A stretch of DNA of 64,000 nt, taken from assembly GCF_963921235.1 (NCBI RefSeq), contig NC_086108.1:108688001-108752000 (forward strand). Direction: 5' to 3'. Under the pieces are notes generated by a model. The model saw only the letters and a program-made list of their open reading frames with translations. It did no database searches and had not been told where the DNA came from. Source of the stretch: Mobula hypostoma. Lineage: Eukaryota. The position numbers and the translations under genes are program-made. Shown here one piece after another: positions 23,571-36,890 of this stretch; position 1 is the first letter of the stretch, and every line of letters starts with the position of its first letter.

Positions 23571-24474
23571 TATATGAATATACAGCTCCACAGTTAATAA
23601 TACATCTCTTGAAAGCCAACACAAAACAAACTAACTGATCTGCCACCTCTTCCAGTTTTGAGCCCTCGCATGCCGAGCAAATAACAAAGTGTTCTGTTAA
23701 TATTGTGTGGGAGGCTTCCTGGTTTAAATCAGAGGCTCACTTAAAAGCTTTGTCATTCTCCGAGATTTCGGACCGGAGTTCACGAGGTTAGAGATAGTCG
23801 AGGATTTGTACAATGCACTCACTGAATTGTCTTGCTATCTGGATTGCTGTATTTTTCATCTGGATAATCGGACTGGATTAAAAGTCGCTGTATAAATGGA
23901 GATGCTTATTTTCTGGCTGTTGTCATCACAGGACAAGTCTGCTTCAGGGGACAGGACACATTTCCATATATGCTGCTTAGATCGGTTCTGGGGATTGAAC
24001 GGTTGCCTCTATTAAGCCCTACCTAATTTCAAAACATGCTTCTTCCACTGCAAGATAGTTTCATTTCCACACGGATTACAAGCTCTCTCAGAAACTGATG
24101 GATTGGCAGGCACCTAGGCTGAGACTCCTTCAAATTTGACCTTGATAGCAGTCAGAGAGAAGAGACTTTCTTCCTAATAGTCTTCGCTAAATTGAAACCC
24201 ACAGATGCAATGTGGTAACTGACTGTACCGCGCAGTCTGTCAAATCTTTTCAGTCTGATGATTTAGTTCAAGTGGCGGATAGTTGGTAACTGTCAATTCC
24301 TGTCGATCAGCAACCTATTTTTAAGCGTTCATAACAACAGTGTCTAGTACTGAGGCCATGCCTTGCCTTCAACACAGCAGGCCCTTACAAGATATTTCAG
24401 AGGGGCGTTATCTTTATTTTTATTTAGCACAATAACAGGCCCTTCCAGGCCAATGAGCCAATGCCACCCAATTA

Positions 24475-25015
24475 GTTCAAAGTTCAAAGTAAGTTTATTT
24501 TCACCATATACAAACCAGCCGTTTGTTTGCTTCCAAGCATTAACAGTAAATACAAAGAAACACAGTAGAATCATTAAAAGACTTCACTCAACAGGATGGA
24601 CAAACAACCAATGTGCAAAAGACAACAAACTGCACAAATACCAAAAAGAGAGAAAAAGTAACAATAATAAATCAATAAACAATAAAGATTGAGAACGTGA
24701 GATAATGAGTCCTTGAAGTTGACTCCATAGGTTGTGGGAATAGTTCAGTGTTGGGGCAAGTGAGGTTGAGTGAAATTATCCCCTCTGGTTCAATATGCTG
24801 ATGGTTTGAAGGGTAATAACTGTTCCTGAACCTGGTGGTGTGAGTCCTGAGGCTCCTGTACCTTCTTCCTGATGGCAGCAGTGAGAAAAAAGCATGGCCT
24901 AGGAGGTGGGGGTTCCCTGATGATGGATGCTGCTTTCCTGAGACAGTGCTCCATGCAGATGTGCTCAATGGTGGGGAGGGTTTTACCCATGATGGGCCGG
25001 GCCATATCCAATACT
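24475..25015 (-). mobile_element. Rex1/Babar-like 3' fragment
   Basis: GHAFFSLLPSGRRYRSLRTHTTRFRNSYYPS; tail reads (TTCAAAG)n on the plus strand at 24476-24489. Confidence 0.78.
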
Positions 25016-26036
25016 TTTCATAAATTTGTTTTCAATTATACCCATGAGATTATTTGTCCACTAATCCGAACATCCTTGGAATGTGGGTGGAAACCGGAGA
25101 ACCGGCAGAGTACCCGCATGGTCATGGAGAGAACGTATAATCTCCTCATAGATGGTGGAGGGAATGGAAGTCACATTGCTGGCGCTTTAAAGTGTTATGA
25201 TGACTGCTACGCTACCATGCCACCTATAAGAGGAATAGAGACAATTAACAATTAAACTTTGCCACGGACTCAAACCAGGAGATAGGAGATCCAAATGCCT
25301 CATCACTGAGGGACATTGGAGACAGAGAGGTTCTCCCACACACTAATGCCAAGGACGCACTGGGAGAGCTTTACAGCATCATCATCTCTCCAGAGAACAA
25401 ACTTCTGATTGTCTTTTCATAATTCTACGAGACATCAGTCATGTTACTTATTGTGATCGCTTTTTGTTCTTTTTTTATTGTTTTCGTTATGCTTATTGTG
25501 TTTTTTATACCTCTTCAGACCCAGAGTAAAAATGATTTTTTTCTCCTTTACGATCATGTACTGAAGAATGACAATAAACAATCTTCAAACTTAAATCAGC
25601 AGGAAAGAAGGAACTGCTCCAGGCCATTCGGCCCTTCAGGTCTGTTCCTTTGTTCTATATCTTCAAGGTTGATTATTCATTTGCACCAGCCTTCTCCTCA
25701 TAAATGAAGCTTCTTTTAGCATTAGGAAATATATCTACTTTCTTCTTAGATATACTTAATGTCGGCCTCCATTTCCTTTTGTGTTAGAGAATTCCACAGG
25801 CTCACCACTTTCTGGGCGTCCTGATCCAACTTCTAAATGGTCTTGCTCTTTTACTAGAATATAAAAGCAAGGATGTAATGCTGAGCCTTTACAAGGCATT
25901 GGTCAGCCCACACTTGGAGTATGGTGAGCAGTTTTGGGGCCCTTATCTAAGAATGGATGTGCTAGTATTAGAGAGGGTTCAGAAGAGGTTCACATATATG
26001 AGGTGCAGGATTTCCTAAAGGTTAATTGGCAGGTTG

Positions 26037-26352
26037 TGTGGGCACGTGGCCAAGTGGTTAAGGTATTGGACTAGTGACCTGAAGGTCGTGAGTTCGAGCC
26101 CCAGCCGAAGCAACGTGTTGTGTCCTTGAGCAAGGCACTTAATCACACATTACTCTGCGATGACACTGGTGCCAAGCTGTATGGGTCCTAATGCCCTTCC
26201 CTTGGACAACATTGGTGTCGTGGAGAGGGGAGACTTGCAGCATGGGCAACTGCTGGTCTTTCATAAAACCTTGCCCAGGCCTGCGTCCTGGAGAGTGAAG
26301 ACTTTCCAGGCGCAGATCCATGGTCTCGCAAGGCTAACGGATGCCTTTATTT
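26037..26352 (+). mobile_element. tRNA-derived CORE-like SINE (copy 2), inserted in a CR1 fragment (25855-26830)
   Basis: A/B boxes and CORE-like block; imperfect TSD TTAATTGGCAGGTTG (26022-26036) / TTAACTTGCAGGTTG (26353-26367). Confidence 0.88.
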
Positions 26353-27031
26353 TTAACTTGCAGGTTGAGTTGGTGATGAGGAAATCAAATGCAATGTTAG
26401 CATTCATTTTGAGAGGACTGGAATATAAAAGCAATGATGTAAAGTTGAAGCTTTATAAAGCACTGGCGAGGCCTCACTTGGAGTATTGTGAGCAGTTTTG
26501 GACCCAAGTTTTGGTGGGGGAGTCTAAGACCAGAGGATGAAACCTCAGAATGGAGGGATGCCCTTTTGGAATACAGATGAGGAGGAATTCCTTTAGCCAG
26601 AGGGAGGTGAATATGTGGAATTCATTACCACAGATGGCTGTGGAGGCCAAGTCATTGGGTATAGTTAAAATGATGGTTGATAAATTCTTGATTAGTAAAG
26701 GCCTCAAAAATTATGGGAAGACCAGAAGAGAATGGGGTTGAGAGGGATAATAAGTCAGCCATGATGGAATGGTGGAGCAGACTTGATGGGTCGAATGACC
26801 AGATTCTGCTCCTATGTTTTACGGTCTTATGATCTGCATTAGGGCTAACCCAGCCAATCGGTGCAATAATGAAGGAGACATGTCAACAGCTCTCCTTTAT
26901 TAGGAATTTTTGGAGATTTGGTATGTCACCAAAGGCTGTAGCAAGTTTCTGCAGATGTACGGTATGGACTGGTTGCAGCACTGCTTGGTTCAGTGGCTCC
27001 AATGCATGGCTGCAAGCGGCTGCAGAAAGTT

Positions 27032-29783
27032 AGAAACATAGAAAACCTACAGCACAATACAGGCCCCTCGGCACACAAAGCTGTGCCAACCATGTCCTTA
27101 CCTTAGAAATTACCTAGGCTTACCCATAGCCCTCTATTTTTCTGAGCTCCATGTACCTGTCCAGGAGTTCCTTAAAAGACCCTATCGTATTCACCTCCAC
27201 CACCGTCGCTGGCAGCCCATTCCACGCACTCACCACTCTCTGTGTAAAAAACTTACCCCTGACATCTCCTCTGTACCTACTTCCAAGCACCTTAAAACTG
27301 TGCCGTCTCGTGCTAGCCATTTCAGTCCTGGGAAAAAGCCTCTGACTATCCACACAATCAATGCTTCTCATCATCTTATACAACTCTATCAGGTCACCTC
27401 TCATCCTCCGTCGCTCCAAGGAAAAAAGGCTGAGTTCACTCAACCTATTCTCATAAGGCATGCTCCCCAATCCAGGCAACATCCTTGTAAATCTCCTCTG
27501 CACCCTTTCTATGGTTTCCACATCTTTCTTATCGTGAGGCGACTAGATTTGAGCTCAGAACTCCAAGTGGGGTTTGACCAGGGTCCAATATACAGTAGCT
27601 GTAACATTACCTCTTGGCTCCTAAACTCAATCCCATGATTGATGAAGGCCAATGCACCGTATGCTTTCTTAACCACAGAGTCAACCTGCGCAGCAACTTT
27701 GCGTGTCCTATGGACTCAGACCCCAAGATCCCTCTGATCCTCCACACTGCCAAGAGTCTTACCATTAATACTATATTCTGCCATCATATTTGACCTACCA
27801 AAATGTACCACCTTACACTTATCCAGGTTGAACTCCATCTGCTACTTCTCAGCCCAGTTTTGCATCCTATCAATGTCCCGCTGTAACCTCTGACAGCCCT
27901 CCACACTATCCACAACACCTCCAACCTTTGTGTCATCAGCAAACTTACTAACACATCCCTCCACTTCCTCATCCAGATCATTTATAAAAATCACGAAGAG
28001 TAGGGGTACAAGAACAGATCCCTGAGGCACACCACTGGTGACTGACCTCCATGCAGAATATGACCCATCTACAACCACTCTTTGCCTTCTGTGGGCAAAC
28101 CGGTTCTGGATCCACAAAACAATGTCTCCTTGGATCCCAGGCCTCCATACTTTCTCAATAAGCCTTGCATGGGGTACCTTGTCAAATGCCTTGCTGAAAT
28201 CCATATACACTATATCTACTACTCTTCCTTCATCAATGTGTTTACTCACATCCTCAAAAAATTCAATCAGGCTCGTAAGGCACGACCTGCTTTTGACAAA
28301 CCCATGCTGTCTCTTCCTAATCATATTATCCCTCTCTAAATGTTCATAAATCCTGCCTTTCAGGATATTCTCCATCAATTTACCAACTGCTGAAGTAAGA
28401 CTCACTCATCTATAATTCCTGGGCTATCTCTACTCCCTTTCTTGAATAATGGGGCAACATCTGCAATCCCCCAATCCTCTGCAACCTCTCCCATCCCCAT
28501 TGATGATGCAAAGATCATCGCCAGAGGCTCAGCAATCTCCTCCCTCACCTCCCACAGTAGCCTGGGGGACATCTCATCCAGTCCCAGTGACTTATCCAAC
28601 TTGATGCTTTCCGAAAGCTCCAGCACATCCTCTTTCTTAATATCGACATGTTCAAGCTTTTCAGTCCTCTGTAAGTCATCCCTACAATCGCCAAGATCCT
28701 TTTCCATAGTGAATACTGAAGCAAAGTACTCATTAAGTACCTCTGCTATCTCCTCCGGTTCCATATACATTTTTCCATTGTCATACTCGATTGGTCCTAC
28801 TCTCTCATGTCTTTTCCTCTTGCCCGTCACATATTTGTAGAATGCCTTGGGGTTTTTCTTAATCCTGTCGGCCAAGGCCTTCCCATGGCCCCTTCTGGCT
28901 CTCCTAATTTCCTTTTTAAGCCCCTTCCTGGTAGCTTTATAATCTTTTAGATCTCTATCATTACCTAGTTTTTTGAACCTTTTGTAAGCTCTTCTTTTCT
29001 TCTTGACTAGATTTACAATAGCCTTTGTACCCCACGGTTCCTGTACCCTACCATCCATTCCCTGTCTCATTGGAATGTACCTATGCAAAACTCCATGCAA
29101 ATATCCCCTGAACATTTATGCCAATTAAACGCTTTCCTAACTTATCTGTTCCTATTCCTCTCCAACGCTATGGTAAAGGAGATAGAATTGTGATCACTGT
29201 CTCCAAAATGCTCTCCCACTGAGAGATCTGACCAGGTTTATTTTCCAAAACCAGATCAAGTGCTGCCTCTCCTCTTGTATGCTTATTTACATATTGTGTC
29301 AAGAAACCTTCTTGAAAACATCTCACCAACTCCACCCCATCTAAGCCCCTCTCTCTAGGGATATGCCAATCTATATTTGGGAAATTAACATCTCCCACCA
29401 CAACATCCCTGTTATTATTACACCTTTCCAGAACCTGTCTCCCTAACTTCTCCTCGATGTCCCTGTTACTATTGGGTGGTCTAAAAAAAACACCTAGCTG
29501 AGTTATTGACCCCTTCCTGTTCCTAACTTCCACCCACAGAGACTCTGTAGACAATTCTTCCATGTCTTCCTCCTTTTCTGCAGCCGTGACACTATCTCCG
29601 ATCAACAGTGCCACGCCCCCATCTCTTTTGCCTCCCTCTCTGTCCTTTATGAAATATCTAAAGCCTGGCACTCAAAGTAACCATTCCTGCCCCTGAGCTA
29701 CCCAAGTCTCTGTAATGGCCACTACATCATAGCTCCAAGTACTGTTCCACACTCTAAGCTCATCCGCTTTGTTCATAATACTC
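27032..29783 (-). mobile_element. CR1 LINE A, ORF2 (APE endonuclease plus RT) pseudogene and 3' UTR
   Basis: ORFs 29168-29671 (GGVALL, RPPN, VVVGDVNFPNIDW), 28402-29115, 27842-28405 ([20 protein letters not shown]) and 27120-27521. Confidence 0.95.
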
Positions 29784-30943
29784 ATATAACCATATAACAA
29801 TTACAGCATGGAAACAGGCCATCCCGGCCCTTCTAGTCCATGCCGAACTCTTACTCTCACCTAGTCTCACTGACCTGCACTCAGCCCATAACCCTCCATT
29901 CCTTTCCTGTCCATATATCTATCCAATTTATCTTTAAATGACATTGAACCTGCCTCAACCACTTCTGCTGGAAGCTCGTTCCACACAGCTACCGCTCTCT
30001 GAGTAAAGAAGCTCCCCCTCATGTTACCCCTAAACTTTTGCCCTTTAACTCTCAACTCATGTCCTCTTGTTTGAATCTCCCCCACTCTCAATGGAAAAAG
30101 CCTATCCACATCAACTCTATCTATTCCCCTCATAATTTTAAATATCTCTACCAAATCCCCCTCAACCTTCTACACTCCAAAGAATAAAGACCCAGCTTAT
30201 TCAACCATTCTCTGTAACTTAGGAGATGAAAGCCAGACAACATTCTAGTAAATCTTCTCTGTACTCTCTCAGTTTTATTGATATCTTTACTATAATTCGG
30301 TGACCAGAACTGTACACAATACTCCAAATTTGGCCTTACCAATGCCTTATACAATTTCAATATTACATCCCAACTCTTATACTCAATGCTCTGATTTATA
30401 AAGGCCAGCATACCAAAAGCTTTCTTCACCACCCTATCCACATGAGATTCCACCTTCAGGGAACTATGCACCATTATTCCTAGATCCCTCTGTTCTACTG
30501 CATTCTTCAATGCCCTACCATTTACCATGTTTGTCCTATTTTGATTAGTCCTACCAAAATGTAGCACCTCACATTTATCGGCATTAAACTCCATCTGCCA
30601 TCTTTCAGCCCAGTCTTCTAAGTGATCTAAATCTCTCTGCAAGCTTTGAAAACCTACTTCATTATCCACCACTCCACCTATCTTCATATCATCTGCATAC
30701 TTACTAATCCAATTTACCACCCCATCACCCAGATCATTAATGTATATGACAAACAACGTTGGACCCAGTACAGATCCCTGAGGCACACCACTAGACACCG
30801 GCCTCCAACCTGACACACAGTTATCCACCACTACTCTCTGGCGTCTCCCATCCAGCCACTGCTGAATCCATTTCACTTCTTCGATATTAATACCTAACGA
30901 TTGAACCTTCCTAACTCACCTTCCGTGTGGAACCTTGTCAAAG
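29784..30943 (-). mobile_element. CR1 LINE B, 5'-truncated, nested in LINE A
   Basis: ORF 30148-30876 ([14 protein letters not shown]) and ORF 29867-30154; own tail at 29784-29800; ACTC duplicated at 29780-29783 and 30944-30947. Confidence 0.93.
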
Positions 30944-31570
30944 ACTCCTTGCGTTAAAATAGACACATCTCAAACCGCTGGTCTGAGCGCATCCTTTCTC
31001 TATCACCTGCCTATCCTCCCTCTCGCACTGTCTCCAATCTTTCTCCATTTGTGAGCCAACTGCTTCTTCAGTTTAGTTCCCGCCCCCCAGCAATCGTAGT
31101 TTAAACTCTCCCCAGTGGCCTTAGCAAAACACCCCCCACCCCCGGCCAGGATATTGGTCCTCTTGGGATTCAAGTGCAACCCATCCTTTTTGTACAGGTC
31201 ACTCCTGCCCCAGTAGAGGTCCCAGTGATCCAAAAATCTGAATCCCTGTCCCCTACTCCAATCCCTCAGCCACGCATTTATCCTCTATCTCATTCTATTC
31301 CTGTACTCACTGTCACGTGTCACAAGCAGTAATCCCGAGATTACTACCTTTGTGGTCCTGCTTTTCAACTTCCTTCCTAATTCCCTGTAGTCTGCTTTCA
31401 GGACCTCCTCCCTTTTCCTGCCCATGTCGTTGGTACCAATATGTGCCACGACCTCTGGCTGTTCTCCTTCCCACTTCAGGATATCGTGAACGTGATCAGA
31501 AACATCCTGGACCCTGGCACCTGGGAGGCAGACTACCATTCGTGTTTCTTTCCTGCGTCTACAGAATCAC
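30944..31570 (-). mobile_element. CR1 LINE A 5' part: ORF1 SGNH-esterase remnant and start of ORF2
   Basis: VVCLPGARV..HIGTND..VVISGLL and DGLHLN motifs; joining across LINE B restores CVYFNARSIMNKADEL. Confidence 0.9.
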
Positions 31571-32302
31571 CAGAGCTGCAGGCGCTGGGCTCAAGTCTCC
31601 TCACCATCGGGGACATTTCAAGAAGTGGTGCTCCAAGAAGGCAAAATCCTTCATTAAGGACCATCACCATCTGGGACATGTCCTCTTCTCATCAGGGAGG
31701 AACTAAAGCAGTTCATGGCCCACGCTCAACATCTTAAGAACATCTTCTTCAACTCTGCCATTCAGATTTGAATTTTGAACTTTGAACTTGAACACTATCA
31801 TGGGCCAGAAGACCTGCTCCTGTGCCGCACAGTTTGATATCCAATGTGCTAAGTAGAGAAATAGGATGGATATGATTTCTCTGAGAACTGAGATAGATCT
31901 GATGGGCCAGGTGGCCTCTTTCTCCATTATAATAATGCATATAGCAAAAACCTATCACAGAACCCAATAGTTTTAATTTAAAGGTGCATTGCTTCTGTTA
32001 TTAAACAGAATGAAGAGAGATTGCTTCTGCAGTGAGCATTACCTCTGAAATCAAATACAATCCTTATTCTTTGCCATTAAAAGTTCAATTTTGAAAAGTG
32101 CCGACTGCCTCCCTGGTTGGTATTATCTCCCAGCAGTTATCGGAAAGTGATATTACCTCATTAATGAATGGCTTGCTCTGAATTGTGCTTTTGTGGATCT
32201 ATTTTACATTACAATATTTTATTCAGTGAATGTCAGCAGACAAGTTTGGTGCATTTGGAGAGTGATGGTGATGCACTGTTCGATGCTTCACGGAGTTGGC
32301 TG

Positions 32303-32652
32303 AACTTCTTTCTGTCTCTCTCCCTCTCTCTTCCTCTCTCCATGTCTCCTTTTCTCTCTCTTTGTACCCTTCTCTCCAATCCCTCCATTTCTCTATCTGT
32401 CTTTCTTTTCTATCTCTCTCTCCTCACTCACCCTTTTTCTTTCTTCCTCTCTCTCTATCTCTGCCTGTCTGCTTCTCTCCCACTCCCGCTCCCTTCCTCT
32501 CCACCTCTTCCTCTCAGTCTCTCTCTCTCTCTCTCACACAGTCACCCACACACACCTTCTCTCTTTCACACATGCATGTACACACCTTCTCTCTGTCTCT
32601 TATACACACATACGCACTGTCTCTCTCGCACTCCATCTCCCTCACCACCCCC

Positions 32653-32692
<40 letters not shown>

Positions 32693-33442
32693 TATATACA
32701 AGCCCCTCCCTCTTCTCCCCCTCTCCCCGTCCTCTTCACCCCCTCCCCCTCTCCCTCTCCCTCTCCCCTCCTCCTTCTCCCCTCCCCCTCCATCTCCCCC
32801 ATCTCCCCTTCTCTCCTCTCCAACTCTTCCTCCCCCTCTCCCCCTCTCCCCATCTCCCCCTCCCCTCTCCCCTCCCCTTCCATCTCCCCCTCCCCCTCCA
32901 TCTCCCCCTCCCCTTCTCCCCCTCCCCTCTCCCCCCTCCCCTCCCCCTCTCCCCCTCTCCCCTTCCCCTCCAGCTCCCCCTCCTCTCCCCCTCCTCTCCC
33001 CCTCCATCTCCCCTCCTTCCATCCCCCTCCTCCCCCTCTCCCCCTCCATCTCCCCCTCCCCCTCTCCCCCTCCATCTCCCTCCTCTATCTCCTCCTCTCC
33101 CCCTCTATCTTCCCTCCTTTCATCCCCTTCTCCCCTCTCCTCCCCCTCTCCCCATCCCCCTCTCCTCCCCCTCTCCCCATCCCCCTCTCCCCTCCATCTC
33201 CCCCTCCCCTCTCCCCTCCATCTCTCCTCCCCCTCTCCCCTCCATCTCCCCTCCCCCTCTCCCCTCCCCATCCCCCCTCCCCATCCCCCTTCTCCCCCTC
33301 CCCTCCCCTCCTCCTCCACCCCCCTCCTCCATCCCTTCTCCCCTTTCCCCTCCCTCTCTCCCCTTCACCTCCCTCCCCCTCCCACTACCCCATTTTCCCT
33401 TCCCTCTCCCCCTTCTCCCCTTCCCCACCCTCTCACCATCCC
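32303..33442. repeat. Polypyrimidine low-complexity tract: (CT)n, (CA)n and C-rich CCCCT-type repeats
   Basis: Very few G over about 1.1 kb on the plus strand, almost none after 32700. Confidence 0.95.
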
Positions 33443-34358
33443 ATAAGACCATAAGACAAAGGAGCAGAAGTAGGCCATTCGACCCATCGAGTCTGCTCCG
33501 CCATTTTATCATGAGCTGATCCATTTTATCCTATTTAGTCCCACTGCCTCGCCTTCTCACCATAACCTTTGATGCCCGGCTACTCAGATACCTATCAATC
33601 TCTGCCTTAAATACACCCAATGACTTGGCCTCCACAGCTGCCCGTGGCAACAAATTCCATAGATTCACCACCCTCTGACTAAAAAAATTTTTTCGCATTT
33701 CTGTTCTGAAAGGGCGCCCTTCAATCCTGAAGTCATGCCCTCTCGTACTAGACTCCCCCATCATGGGAAACAACTTTGCCACATCCACCCTGTCCATGCC
33801 TTTTAACATTCAAAATGTTTCTATGAGGTCTCCCCTCATTCTTCTAAACTCCAAGGAATACAGTCCAAGAGCGGACAAACGTTCCTCATATGTTAACCCT
33901 CTCATTCCCGGAATCATTCTAGTGAATCTTCTCTGTACCCTCTCCAACGTCAGCACATCCTTTCTTAAATAAGGAGACCAAAACTGCCCACAGTACTCCA
34001 AGTAAGGTCTCACCAGCGCCTTATAGAGCCTCAACATCACATCACTGCTCCTATACTCTATTCCTCTAGAAATGAATGCCAACATTGCATTCGCCTTCTT
34101 CACTACTGACTCAACCTGGAGGTTAACTTCAAGGAAATCCTGTACGAGGACTCCCAAGTCCCGTTGCATCTCAGAACTTTGAATTCTTTCCCCATTTAAA
34201 TAATAGTCTGCCCGTTTATTTTTTCTGCCAAAGTGCATAACCATACACTTTCCAACATTGTACTTCATTTGCCACTTCTCTGCCCATTCTTCCAATCTAT
34301 CCAAGTCTCTCTGCAGACTCTCCGTTTCCTCAGCACTACCAGCCCCTCCACCTATCTT
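33443..34358 (-). mobile_element. CR1 3' fragment, young
   Basis: ORFs 33810-34424 and 33531-33809; (CATAAGAC)n tail at the left end. Confidence 0.92.
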
Positions 34359-35042
34359 CTTATCCCCCCTCCCCCTCTCCCTCTCCCGCTCCCTATTCAA
34401 AAGGGTTCTTTGTAATTCATCCATCAGCTGAGCATCATTGACATGACCAGCATTTATTGGTCATTGTTAATTGCTTCCTCACAAGATGCTCGATACCACT
34501 TGAACTCACTGATGACTCTAATCAATTTTTATAGAATACCCCGAAGACCTTCACTAATTTTTACAGATGAACCATAGAAAGCATCCTATCGGGATGCATT
34601 ACAGCTGCTCTGCCTGTGAGTGCAAGAGACTGCGGAGAGGGTGGACGTGTTTCAAACCATCACGCTGGTCTTGGTCTGCAGATTCCACCAACTCAGGAAA
34701 GCAACCAAACTACAGACTCCTCCCACCACGACTCATTCTCTCCTTTAAGGAAAAAAATAAAAAAAACTTGAGAACCAGGCTTAAGGACAGCTTCTTTCCC
34801 ACTTGAATAAACCTCCCAAATACTGAAAAGTGAACTCTTGTCCTTCCAGCCTACCTCATGGTGGCTCTTGTACTTCAGTTGTCTACCACTGCACTTTCTC
34901 TGTAACACTCTGTTCTGTAAATACAATGTCAGCATCCATTTCAAGAATATCAAAGCAGGGATGTAATGCTGAGACTTTGTAAAGCATTGGTCAGACTGCA
35001 TCTGGAGAATTGTGAGCAGTTTTTGCCTTGTATCAAAGAAAT

Positions 35043-35525
35043 GAAGGTGGCTGGTGGAGATGTTGTCTGTCTCTACCAAGGAAGACGTAAGGCACTCCTT
35101 CCCTCTGCTAGCCTGCAGGTCACTCTTGGGCAAGGTGTAACACCTGCTTAGCACCCCCCCCCCCCGATCAGGGTCATGTGAAGCCAGGTAGTGGATGGTC
35201 GTATGAGCAGATGGTGCATATCACAAGTCCTGGTTATGTGACCACTGATGCCAGGCAGACCATCTCTGGAGATATTGTAAATATCTTGTAAAGACACTAC
35301 CCAGAAGGCAATGACAAACCACTTCTGGCAGATTTGCCAAGAACAATCATGGTCAGGGAAACAGCACAGAAACATAGAAAATAGGTGCAGGAGTAGGCCA
35401 TTTGGCCCTTCGAATCTGCACCACCATTCAGTATGATCATGGCTGATCATCCAACTCAGCTTGATTTTATCCATCTCAGAATGATTGCCTATGTCATATG
35501 ACATGGCACATAATGAACGAACGAT
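35043..35525 (+). mobile_element. RTE-tailed non-coding retroposon, interrupted by a CR1 tail (about 35357-35460)
   Basis: AAGGCAATGACAAACCACTTCTG block; the 3' end ATGTCATATGACATGGCACATAATGA resembles the RTE end near 41535-41575(-). It is inserted in a CR1 fragment that resumes at about 35525. Confidence 0.6.
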
Positions 35526-36250
35526 CTAAGAAAGGATGTGCTGACATTAGACAGGATAAGGAGGAGACAGGATACGATAATGATCCCAGGGATGAAAGGA
35601 TTAATTTAGGGTTAAAAATAGGTTAATTAAGGCTTTTCCTTCTCAGGTTGGGTAAAACAGAATTAGAAGTCATAAGTTTAGTGTAAAAGTGTATTTATGA
35701 GGAATCTGAGGTAAAATTCTTCACTCAGATGATGGTGTGAGTGTAGAATGAGCTGCCAGTAGATGGGGGTTCAATTATAACATTAAGAGCAGTTTGGAAA
35801 TGTGGAGGGTTGTGGCCTGGGTGCAGGAAGATGGGGCTAAGCAGAAGACCAGGACAGCACAGACTAGATAGGCCAAAGGACCTGTTTCTATGCTGCTGTG
35901 CTCTGTGATCATTTGATTGTTCTGGATCTGTAGTCGCCAGAGTTCTGAAGGATGTGGAAAGATCTCATTGAATCCTACCAAATACATACTGGATTTGGAG
36001 AGGATGTTTACAGCTATGGGGACCAGAGAGCTTAGCCTCAGCATATGGGGACATCCCTTTTGGAACAGAGAAGAGGTGAGGAAGAATTTCTTTAGGATTT
36101 TACACAGAGAGCTGTAGCTACATGGACAGCACTGCCAGGAGTGGTGGTAGAGGCTGATATAATGGGGACTTTGAAAAGACTCTTAGATAGGCACATGGAT
36201 GAAAGAAAAATGGTAGATATGGGCAATGTAGGAGGGAAAGACCAGACTAA
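35525..36250 (+). mobile_element. Decayed CR1 3' fragments
   Basis: ATCTAAGAAAGGATGTGCTGACATT... and several CR1 3' UTR pieces. Confidence 0.7.
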
Positions 36251-36449
36251 TGATGGTGATTGACTGTCTTGTCCATCTAAATGACAAGGGAGCCAAGGCC
36301 TATGGAGAGAGATGGTTCTGAGGACAAAAATGGAACAGCCTTGAATTCAAGGGTCTGAATGATTCTCTCTGTTCCTTATGTTTTATAGAACATAGAACAG
36401 TACAGCACAGGAAAATGCTCTTCAGCCCACAATGTTGTACCAGACATTC

Positions 36450-36890
36450 AGCTAAAGCAGATTCCATCATCAAGGACTCCCACCACCCTGGGCCATCCTC
36501 TCTTTTTGCTGCTGCCATCAAGGTACAGGATCGTCAAGACTCACAGCACCAGGTTCAGGAACAGTCACTACCCCTCAACCATCAGGCTCTTGAACCAAAG
36601 GGAATACCTTCACTTACCCCTTTGTTGCAATGTTCCCTCAACCAATGGACTCAATTTCAGGGATTTTTTATCTCATGTTTTGATATTTACTGCTTATTTA
36701 TTCATTATTATTCTTCCTTTCTTGCTTTTTATACTTGGATAATTTGTTGTCTTTTGCTCGTTGATTGTCAGTCTGGTGCATGTTTTTTCATTGATTTTTG
36801 TATTTACTGTGAATGCCCACAAGAAAATGAATCTCTGGGTGGAATATTGTGACATATATGTATTTTGATAACAAATTTACTTTGAACTTT
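36450..36890 (+). mobile_element. Rex1/Babar-like 3' fragment
   Basis: SIIKDSHHPG; HSTRFRNSHYPSTIRLLN; TTTACTTTGAACTTTG tail. Confidence 0.75.

Noticed and set aside
26040..26110. tRNA gene (also at about 18685-18752 and 57463-57530)
   Set aside because: No convincing acceptor stem or poly-T terminator; it continues into a SINE body bounded by TSDs.
32168..33524. Long Pro/Ser/Leu- and Gly/Glu/Arg-rich ORFs (up to 428 aa)
   Set aside because: Open in several frames on both strands because the low-complexity tract lacks stop codons.
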